From Mucilaginibacter sp. (GTDB taxonomy: Bacteria; Bacteroidota; Bacteroidia; Sphingobacteriales; Sphingobacteriaceae), in contig DATCRU010000071.1 of NCBI GenBank assembly GCA_036568825.1, positions 25,383 through 89,382 of the forward strand: a stretch of DNA of 64,000 nucleotides. The letters are read 5' to 3'. Each line of letters begins with the position of its first letter. Positions within the stretch are counted from its first letter, which is position 1. A program made the translations under genes and the position numbers. Of this stretch, positions 56,578 to 64,000 are shown in pieces. The notes beneath the pieces are model-generated. The model ran no database searches. It was not told the origin of the DNA and saw nothing but the letters and a program-made list of their open reading frames with translations.

Positions 56578-59220
56578 TCAGTTTGCTATATCAATAAACC
56601 TTAAAGGTGTATTCCATCCATTGATAGACACCTGCATGTTTTTATTCCCCTTGAATTGATCGCAATCAATAATGATCTTCTTTTGTTCGCCTGGTAAAAC
56701 GGTAATATAGTTATCGCTGTAAAATACAGGCAGCAAGCGAGCTTTTGTATTGCCATCAGTTATTGAGACCCTGTTAAAGAATGCAGGAACATTTTGTTTA
56801 TCATTGGTCAGGGTCACTTCAACTTTGCCTGGTTTCAGATATTTTGCACTTACAACCAAGTCGCTCTTTTTCATTTTCTGTAATCCAGAATAATTTCCTT
56901 TGCTATCAGCTATCCAGTAAATGTTTTGGGTAATCGGCTTTTTATCGGCATCCTGGAATTCCAGGTCGAGGAAGATACCTTTATCTGTAGCTAGTTGGTC
57001 AACCTTGTTTTTAATAGACATATATTTTTTTGGAAGCGTTGGGCCGATATCAGCAAAAACCTGGTCAAGTAAAGTTTCTTTTCCATCCATGTCATAAGCT
57101 TTTACAACCAGCATCATACCACTGCGGGCCTTAAACGTATTATTAACAGCCATTACTACGCCAGTAACCGGATTGTACATGATATGCAAAGGTTCACTGC
57201 CGTTATGCAGTCCATATAAACAGGCATTCGGATCGAGGTAATAATCGTACATCTGTCCGCGCATAGCTGTCCATGGGTTTTGTGTTTTCCAGATAATGGC
57301 GCCGGTATACCATTCCCACATATGGGCGCTAAAGCCTTCCATCAGTCCACGATACTGATCATAGTTTACTAATTGAGCTTTAAAGGCAAAGTCTTCTGCA
57401 TTTTTTGCTTCACCATATTTGTTGATGCTGGTATCATACCCGATATATTTATGATAATCCCATACCTCGTCGGTTTTGTTTCTATGAGTCGATTCATCGT
57501 AAACCGGGATATTATCCAGGTGATCTTTCGGGATGAATTTCCTCAGGGATTCTATATCGCTTACGCCAATCGATCCCACCTCAGAGTTAAACGGATAAGT
57601 CTGATGCTGCCAAAAAACTGATAGGGGTTGAATTCCATAAGGCCCATCACCATTGCCCAACAGCGTATTGTATGACATGGCATCAGAATTTGAATAATCC
57701 ACAAACCAGCGTGTATTATCCAGTTTAGGCATGATGGTATCACGGAGTGCGGCTAAAATATCTTCTGGTGGAGTGATCTCGTTGCCACCGCACCAGATAG
57801 CCAGCGAGGCATGGTTGCGCACCATTTTTACCTGATCTTCTATCGAACGTAAAAACAGGGAATGATCATCCGGATATTTTCTTCTTGTCCATTGGTCATC
57901 CTTTTTCATAGGATCTTGCCAGCGACCGTTACAGTCTCCTGATCCCCACATATCCTGGAAAACTAGCATACCGTATTTGTCACAAGCATCATAAAACTCC
58001 GGGCGCTCTATCATTGCACCGCCCCAAACCCTTATCAGGTTCAGGTTCATATCGCGATGGAAACGTACTTCAGCATCATAGCGCAAATCGGAAAGACGCA
58101 GCATAGCATCCGAAATGATCCAGTTTCCGCCTTTGATAAATATCTTTTGCCCATTGACCATAATCTGTCTGCTTTTGGTTTGTGTATTCCATTCGCTTTG
58201 AATTTGACGAACGCCGACCTTAATATTTTCCTGATCAGAAACTTTACCACTGATCAAAAAGCGCGCATGCAGATCATACAAATTCTGCGGACCGTAACCA
58301 TTAGGCCACCATAATTTGGGATTTTGAAGGACAAGATCATTCAGGCTAACTTCTTGGGTACTGTTAGCTTTAAGCGAAACATTTTTTGATACCGTTTTAC
58401 CATCAATATCATACTGTAAAATACCCGACACAACGTTCGCAGTAGGGTTTTTCAATTCAGCTGATACTTTAACAGTTGCAGGTTGTTGCGGCCCTTCAAC
58501 CTGGCGCACGCCCGGAACCAAAGTGATTACATGGGTATCTGTGATGCGGATTTTCCCTGTTTTTCGGATAATAACTTTATCCCATATACCAGTATTACGG
58601 TCACGCATAGGCTGTATCCAATCCCATCCGGCGGTATATTGCAAACCAACATTGCGGGCAATGGTACCATCGCCGCCTTGGCCGCCATTCGGATTGCCCG
58701 GTACATCAAGAGGATGCACCAGCACGGCCAATCGGTTATTCCCATTTTTATTCAGATATGAGGTCACGTTGTAACTATAGCGGAGAAACATCCCCACTTG
58801 TGGCGCTTTGTTGAGCTTTTTTCCATTCAGGTAAATATCACAGCTATAATTTACTCCCCTGAAGTCAAGATACACCTGGTCATCAGCGCCGGTTTGTTCT
58901 TTGAAGTCTTTTACAAACCAATAAGTGTAGTAATCTCGTCCGGTTTTGTAGATATCCGGTATCTGCTCATTATTCATCCCAAAGAAGGGATCCGGAACCT
59001 TCTTATTGTTCAGTAAAGTTGTCAGAACTGTCCCGGGAACAGTGGCGGGCATCCACTTGCTCAGATCGAAGCCGGATGTGGAAATTTTGTAACCATCAAA
59101 TTTAATACTGTCGACGGGTGCGCATTTCCAACCGTTATTTAATTCATTGCTGCTTTGTGCTTTTGCCTCAGGGAGATATAGAATGGAAATTAAAAAAATG
59201 AGTAAGAGAGAATGTTTCAT
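56578..59220 (-). CDS. Glycoside hydrolase family 2 (beta-mannosidase / exo-glucosaminidase-like), secreted
   Basis: 880 aa with a signal peptide, a sugar-binding N-domain and a TIM barrel (NLIRVWGG, acid/base context WCGGNE). Confidence 0.85.
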   Translation of the reverse strand: MKHSLLLIFLISILYLPEAKAQSSNELNNGWKCAPVDSIKFDGYKISTSGFDLSKWMPATVPGTVLTTLLNNKKVPDPFFGMNNEQIPDIYKTGRDYYTYWFVKDFKEQTGADDQVYLDFRGVNYSCDIYLNGKKLNKAPQVGMFLRYSYNVTSYLNKNGNNRLAVLVHPLDVPGNPNGGQGGDGTIARNVGLQYTAGWDWIQPMRDRNTGIWDKVIIRKTGKIRITDTHVITLVPGVRQVEGPQQPATVKVSAELKNPTANVVSGILQYDIDGKTVSKNVSLKANSTQEVSLNDLVLQNPKLWWPNGYGPQNLYDLHARFLISGKVSDQENIKVGVRQIQSEWNTQTKSRQIMVNGQKIFIKGGNWIISDAMLRLSDLRYDAEVRFHRDMNLNLIRVWGGAMIERPEFYDACDKYGMLVFQDMWGSGDCNGRWQDPMKKDDQWTRRKYPDDHSLFLRSIEDQVKMVRNHASLAIWCGGNEITPPEDILAALRDTIMPKLDNTRWFVDYSNSDAMSYNTLLGNGDGPYGIQPLSVFWQHQTYPFNSEVGSIGVSDIESLRKFIPKDHLDNIPVYDESTHRNKTDEVWDYHKYIGYDTSINKYGEAKNAEDFAFKAQLVNYDQYRGLMEGFSAHMWEWYTGAIIWKTQNPWTAMRGQMYDYYLDPNACLYGLHNGSEPLHIMYNPVTGVVMAVNNTFKARSGMMLVVKAYDMDGKETLLDQVFADIGPTLPKKYMSIKNKVDQLATDKGIFLDLEFQDADKKPITQNIYWIADSKGNYSGLQKMKKSDLVVSAKYLKPGKVEVTLTNDKQNVPAFFNRVSITDGNTKARLLPVFYSDNYITVLPGEQKKIIIDCDQFKGNKNMQVSINGWNTPLRFIDIAN

Positions 59221-59321
59221 ATTAATTGCGGAAAAGGCTGCAAGATAACAATTGGCATAGTTTTAGCTTAATTTTCTGCGAGCATTTTAAAAATTAGCTC
59301 AAATAATTACAACTACGACAT

Positions 59322-59591
59322 ATGAACAACCTTTTATCTCTACAATTACGAATGCCGAATGGCAATACCAATTACATAAAATTGATCGGTAAATACGATA
59401 ACCTTCAAAATTATGGAATTGATAGCTCTATGATTTATTCCATTTGGTTTGAGGAGGACGAAACACCGGGTGGTTATTTTTCTTTTTCGCCAAACAATCA
59501 AACCTGGGAATATAACGGCTATCTCTCTGTTAATGAGCAAATGCAGATCGCTAAATTCCTGGAAGATAACGCAGAAGTTCAGTTAGCGTAA
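59322..59591 (+). CDS. Hypothetical protein
   Basis: 89-aa ORF in an intergenic-sized gap. I recognise no family. Confidence 0.4.
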   Translation: MNNLLSLQLRMPNGNTNYIKLIGKYDNLQNYGIDSSMIYSIWFEEDETPGGYFSFSPNNQTWEYNGYLSVNEQMQIAKFLEDNAEVQLA

Positions 59592-59637
59592 TCTCAATTT
59601 TAATTTCTAATTTGGGTATGATTAATGCCCAAATTAG

Positions 59638-60030
59638 ATGAAAACGAAGAAATTTATCAGGATTAATCCGCTTCTTCCTGTAAAGAATCTCAGGGAAACG
59701 CTGGATTACTATCGCGACACACTTGGATTTTCTGATGAATGGACCTGGACCGACAAAAATGGAAATGAAACTGATGGCGGCATAAGGCGGGATGATATGC
59801 GTCTGCTTTTTGGCGAAGCCCCGGATTTTGTGATTATCATAAGCAGTTATCCCAAAAGTCGGCTGCCTTTGATGTGGTTTGTAGAAAATATCGACGAGAT
59901 ATTTAAAGAGTACAAAGCCAGGGGCATTGAGTTTGCCGATACCTTACGAACCCATCCTTACGGATTACGCGAGTTTGCTTTTATTGATATCAACGGATAT
60001 TATATCCGGGTTTCTGAGGGAATAGAATAG
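59638..60030 (+). CDS. VOC/glyoxalase-bleomycin-resistance-family protein
   Basis: 130 aa with VOC-fold sequence (..YYRDTLGF.., ..REFAFIDINGYYIRV). Confidence 0.7.
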   Translation: MKTKKFIRINPLLPVKNLRETLDYYRDTLGFSDEWTWTDKNGNETDGGIRRDDMRLLFGEAPDFVIIISSYPKSRLPLMWFVENIDEIFKEYKARGIEFADTLRTHPYGLREFAFIDINGYYIRVSEGIE

Positions 60031-60038
60031 TAAAAACT

Positions 60039-60680
60039 CTAGTTAAACAAGGCATCAGCTTTGGCATAAAGCTCATCATTCTCGGGCAGATCGTAAACCA
60101 TACAATTAAACAGCGCCAGTCCAAAAAGTAGCATATGTTTGTGCCGGTCGATGTCATCACTTTGCAGATCAGTTTTCCAATCGCTGTCGGGATATTTCTG
60201 CTTATACTTTAATTCAAGAGCGCCCAGCATATTTCTTAATTGAGGATAATCAAACCAGTGAGGCAAAGCATAATACCCGGTAAGCGCACCCATTCTGTTT
60301 CTTAATGCGACATCATCTGGGCTCGGCTTGCCATAATACAGGTAGAAATATACACACAAACCTGCCAGCAGGAGACCAAGTAGCAGATATACCACAGTTT
60401 GCATGGAGTTTCCTTCATAACTATTGCTGCTATCAAAGGCCAGGTATAAAAACACAGCTGAAAATATAAGACTGAGTATTCGGCCATACACAGCTTTAAC
60501 GCTTTGAGCATTTACACCGATATTGAAACCATTCCGGCTTCTGAATTTCGAGTTCGTAACAAACATTGAACCCACCGGGAAAATGGGGATAAACATTATA
60601 GAAAAGAATTTTGATTCAACCCACTGATTGTTGACCGCGGCAACTTTGCCGCAAAAACGCGTTCCGAAAACGATGATCAT
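60039..60680 (-). CDS. Hypothetical membrane protein
   Basis: 213 aa with 3 predicted TM helices followed by a soluble C-terminal domain. I recognise no family. Confidence 0.5.
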   Translation of the reverse strand: MIIVFGTRFCGKVAAVNNQWVESKFFSIMFIPIFPVGSMFVTNSKFRSRNGFNIGVNAQSVKAVYGRILSLIFSAVFLYLAFDSSNSYEGNSMQTVVYLLLGLLLAGLCVYFYLYYGKPSPDDVALRNRMGALTGYYALPHWFDYPQLRNMLGALELKYKQKYPDSDWKTDLQSDDIDRHKHMLLFGLALFNCMVYDLPENDELYAKADALFN

Positions 60681-60844
60681 TTATGATAAGATTTTCCCCT
60701 AAATATATTATTTACTTATTAATAGAGAGATTTGTAATCGAAAAAATATTTAATCCCGATTTATACGGTAACTAAATACTGCATGGTTGCGATCTGGCTT
60801 AATTACTATAGCTATCAAGATTATAAAGGGAAACTATCAGGTAT

Positions 60845-62239
60845 TTAAAGCGCGTAAGTCACATCCTTTTCTGGAATCGATACCGGGAAGCCTTCCTCTT
60901 CCAAAGCTTCTGCTAAAGCCTGCATGCTGGCTTCTTCGCCGTGTACAAGGAAAATGGTTCTCAGTTTATCCTTATCCTGCTGACGGGCAACATTCATCAG
61001 GTCTTCATGGTCACCGTGGGCGCTTAATACATCTGTTTGCCTGATAGTGGCATAAACTGATAGCTCCCTGTCTTTTATAAAAACGATAGGATCACCACGA
61101 AGTAACCGATGGCCGAGTGTTCCCTTTGCACAGTATCCGATGAACAAGATGGTACAATAATAATTTTGGATGTTATCATACAAATGATCTTGTATACGCC
61201 CGCCCTCCAGCATGCCTGCGGATGAAATAATGATGCACGGCTCAAAATAATTGGATACCTGACGACTATCCTGCAAGCTTTCTATATACACCAGGTTCTC
61301 AAATTCAAACTCGTCACCTTTAGTTTGATAGAACTCACGTGCTTCTTTATTAACAAGACTATGGTGCTTTCTGAAGATATCAGTTGCAGCAATAGCCATC
61401 GGGCTATCCACAAATACCTTTACTGGTGGCAGCAATCCTTGAGTAAATATCTTATTCAATGAATATACCAGCGATTGCGTACGACCGATACTGAATGCAG
61501 GAATGATCAATCGTCCCTGCTCTTTTATACAGGCTTTATCTATAGTTTCTACCAAGGCCTGTTCAACGGTTTTATCCTTAGTATGCATACGTCCGCCATA
61601 GGTTGATTCTGTTACCAGGTAATCTACTTGAGGTAAATTTTGTGGGTCGTCCAACACCGGATAATTTTTACGGCCTATATCGCCTGTAAAAGCAACGGTT
61701 TTTTCTTCACCGTGATCATTTATTTTGAATACGGCTGCAGCAGCCCCTAGTAAGTGACCAACAGGTATAAAAATCAGTTCTATATTCCCATTAATGCGAA
61801 ATGGCCGGTTAAACCCAATAGTTACCACCCGTTCCATAGTATCCATTACATGCTTTTGCAGATACAACGGTTGCTGAGCAGGATGGTGGTGTTTTTTGCG
61901 GTTATGTTTACGACTTTTATTGATCTTACCCATGAAGATGTTCACAGAGTCAAGCAATAATAGCTCGGTCAGATCAGCCGTTGCCGGTGTACACAGTATC
62001 TGGCCATCAAAGCCCATCCTGATCAGCGTAGGCAAGTTACCGGAGTGGTCGATATGTGCATGGGTTAATACAACCACATCAATTTCCGTCGGGTCGAAGG
62101 GAAAATTTTCATTCGATTGAACACTGCGGTCTTTTTCATAATCCAGTCCGCAATCTATCAGTATTTTATATTGGTCAACCTCAAGCAGGTGCATACTTCC
62201 TGTCACCTGCCGGGCCGCGCCGTGTATAGTTAGTTTCAT
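60845..62239 (-). CDS. MBL-fold beta-CASP RNA-metabolising hydrolase (COG1236/CPSF73-like)
   Basis: Starts at MKLTIHGAARQVTGS (62239). HAHIDHSG metallo-beta-lactamase motif, with beta-CASP and C-terminal RMMBL-like regions. Confidence 0.85.
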   Translation of the reverse strand: MKLTIHGAARQVTGSMHLLEVDQYKILIDCGLDYEKDRSVQSNENFPFDPTEIDVVVLTHAHIDHSGNLPTLIRMGFDGQILCTPATADLTELLLLDSVNIFMGKINKSRKHNRKKHHHPAQQPLYLQKHVMDTMERVVTIGFNRPFRINGNIELIFIPVGHLLGAAAAVFKINDHGEEKTVAFTGDIGRKNYPVLDDPQNLPQVDYLVTESTYGGRMHTKDKTVEQALVETIDKACIKEQGRLIIPAFSIGRTQSLVYSLNKIFTQGLLPPVKVFVDSPMAIAATDIFRKHHSLVNKEAREFYQTKGDEFEFENLVYIESLQDSRQVSNYFEPCIIISSAGMLEGGRIQDHLYDNIQNYYCTILFIGYCAKGTLGHRLLRGDPIVFIKDRELSVYATIRQTDVLSAHGDHEDLMNVARQQDKDKLRTIFLVHGEEASMQALAEALEEEGFPVSIPEKDVTYAL

Positions 62240-62355
62240 TCTATTTATTAGTTCATAGATCATGGTTGATGGTTCATAGCGTCGTTTTGCTATCATAACC
62301 ATTTACAACTCTGTGAAGATAATCAAATGGCTATGAACTATGAACTATAAGCTAT

Positions 62356-64000
62356 TTATGCTTCAAACTGCAACTGGCTCAGATAACGATACAGGCCGTT
62401 TTCGTTACCGATCAGTTCTTCATGGCTTCCGCTTTCGATCACTTTACCTTTTTCAAGAACGATGATCTTATCAGCCTCGCGGATGGTTGACAGGCGATGT
62501 GCTATGATAATAGAAGTACGGTTCTTCATTAATTCTTCCAATGCTTCCTGCACCAGGCGCTCTGATTCAGAGTCAAGAGAAGAAGTAGCTTCATCCAAAA
62601 TTAAGATGGAAGGATTTTTTAGCAATGCCCGTGCAATCGCAATACGCTGTCTTTGTCCACCCGAAAGTTTTACGCCGCGTTCGCCTACAACGGTGTCATA
62701 TCCTTCCGGAAACGACATGATAAACTGATGTGCATTGGCGCGCTGTGCAGCTTTTATGATATCTTCCTTGGTTGCACTTAGTTTACCGTAAGCGATATTT
62801 TCCTGTATTGTGCCACCAAACAACATTACATCCTGGGGGACAATAGCTACCCGGTTACGGATGTCGGTCAGGCTATATTTATCCGACGATTTATGATCGA
62901 ACAAGATGGTACCGCTTTGCGGATGATAAAATTGTAATATCAATGAAGCCATAGTTGACTTACCGGAACCACTTGGCCCTACGATTGCTATCTTTTGCCC
63001 GGTTTGCGCATCAAAAGAAACACCTTTTAATACCTCAATTTCAGGACGCGACGGATAATGGAAATTGACATCATCAAAAGCGATATTCCCTTCAATTCTT
63101 TGTTTGATCTCGTTCTGTGCATGGTCAATAGAAACGGCTTCGCCTTTTTCACCTAATATTTCTAAAACTCGTTCACTGGCTCCAACCGATTTCTGTATGT
63201 TGGCATAAAGCTCTGGAAAGCTACCCATTGCACTACCAACAAAAACAGCGTACAAAGCAAATTTGAATAGTTCACCAACGGTAAGTTCATGATTGCTAAC
63301 CAGCAAACATCCATAAGCAATTACCGCTACTATAGCGCCGAACATGCCAAATACAATGAATGATGCAAACAATCCCCTGTATTTAGCACCTTTTATAGCT
63401 ATGTTGGCTACCTCGCGAATGTTTTTTCCATATCGGTTTGATTCATAAGCTTCATTCACAAAAGCTTTTACATTGGCAATACCCTGCAAAGTCTCTTCAA
63501 CGATGGTGTTCGACTCAGCCAGCTTATCCTGAGCTTGCCTGGAAATTTTTCTTATGAAGCGTCCGAAAAGTACTGCAGTTACCACCAACACCGGCAAAAC
63601 CACAAGCAGCGCTAGTGTCAATTTGATAGATACAATTGCCAGAAAAGTAACTCCGCCAACCAGCAAAACCAGCTGTCTTATAATCTCTGCAAGGGTAGTG
63701 GTTAAGGTATCTTGAATTTGTGATAAGTCTGCCGAGATGCGGCTATTTAACTCACCAACGCGACGGTTGGCGAAGAAATCCATTGGTAAAGTGATCAGCT
63801 TAAAATAAGTATCGCGCCTGATGTCGGCCAGTGATCGTTCTGCAATCTGCACAAACCAAAGTATTCGGAAAAAGGAAATAAATGCTTGTGAAAAAAGAAC
63901 AATTAATGCCAATAAACCAATGCCTTGTACTGTCTCCGGTAAAAACTTATTTGTATGTTTTCCTTGAGCTGCATCAATCAATCCACCTAAAAAAGATGGA
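62356..64000 (-). CDS. ABC exporter, fused permease/ATPase (MsbA-like), N-terminus beyond the window
   Basis: TMD followed by an NBD with Walker A GPSGSGKST, signature LSGGQRQR and Walker B ILILDEATS. The frame stays open to position 64000 (..PSFLGGLIDAAQ..), so the track's start at 63981 is an internal TTG. Confidence 0.9.
   Translation of the reverse strand, partial: PSFLGGLIDAAQGKHTNKFLPETVQGIGLLALIVLFSQAFISFFRILWFVQIAERSLADIRRDTYFKLITLPMDFFANRRVGELNSRISADLSQIQDTLTTTLAEIIRQLVLLVGGVTFLAIVSIKLTLALLVVLPVLVVTAVLFGRFIRKISRQAQDKLAESNTIVEETLQGIANVKAFVNEAYESNRYGKNIREVANIAIKGAKYRGLFASFIVFGMFGAIVAVIAYGCLLVSNHELTVGELFKFALYAVFVGSAMGSFPELYANIQKSVGASERVLEILGEKGEAVSIDHAQNEIKQRIEGNIAFDDVNFHYPSRPEIEVLKGVSFDAQTGQKIAIVGPSGSGKSTMASLILQFYHPQSGTILFDHKSSDKYSLTDIRNRVAIVPQDVMLFGGTIQENIAYGKLSATKEDIIKAAQRANAHQFIMSFPEGYDTVVGERGVKLSGGQRQRIAIARALLKNPSILILDEATSSLDSESERLVQEALEELMKNRTSIIIAHRLSTIREADKIIVLEKGKVIESGSHEELIGNENGLYRYLSQLQFEA

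Noticed and set aside
1-64000. Mobile element, prophage or classical defence island
   Set aside because: I found no integrase, transposase, recombinase, restriction-modification, cas, reverse transcriptase or phage structural genes, and no tRNA attachment sites. Only the small low-GC inserts noted in the findings hint at horizontal acquisition.

Overview
This looks like a chromosomal window from a Bacteroidota genome, probably Sphingobacteriaceae (Mucilaginibacter/Pedobacter-like), judged from gene content, lipoprotein and Sec signals, TTG starts and word-like intergenic repeats. I see no rRNA, tRNA, CRISPR array, transposase, integrase or prophage genes. Gene content by region:
- 0.1-9.7 kb: a Rieske oxygenase and an APC permease, then a complete molybdenum-cofactor regulon. 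moaD and moaE (+) converge on moaA-moeA-moaC-mobA-moeB (-), and a low-GC HExxH gene sits between moaD and moaE.
- 9.9-13.2 kb: galM, a GH5-like hydrolase and a GH43 hydrolase.
- 13.4-18.3 kb: a GS-like / kinase-like / HAD-IIA operon, a divergent gamma-glutamylcyclotransferase, and type II glutamine synthetase.
- 18.8-23.4 kb: mdh, then fdhD-DUF-ydeP-type molybdoenzyme.
- 23.4-24.2 kb: a 786-bp gene-free gap holding a purine-rich, tetraloop-rich candidate RNA just upstream of a PIN-PhoH gene.
- 25.9-38.7 kb: FUSC, ppc, MFS, DUF4142, DUF763, AhpD-like and GH3 genes.
- 38.8-42.2 kb: TfoX-N, an ECF42-type sigma factor, three tandem YCII/DGPF paralogs and a P-loop kinase.
- 42.3-53.6 kb: a glycan locus without SusC/D (GH105, beta-helix/SMP-30 fusion, ThuA, Tat-signal TIM barrel, GMC oxidoreductase, GH9, FucP-like MFS).
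- 53.6-64.0 kb: YjbQ, DUF1015, two VOC proteins, a histone-H1-like protein, GH2, a beta-CASP MBL hydrolase and a truncated MsbA-like ABC exporter.

Most of the window is ordinary. The items most worth follow-up are the candidate structured RNA before PIN-PhoH, the metallopeptidase-like insertion in moaD-moaE, the GS-like/kinase/HAD/GGCT module, the putative periplasmic 3-keto-glycoside module, and the paired ECF-type promoter motifs before the YCII genes. All family calls rest on motif recognition by eye; I ran no searches.
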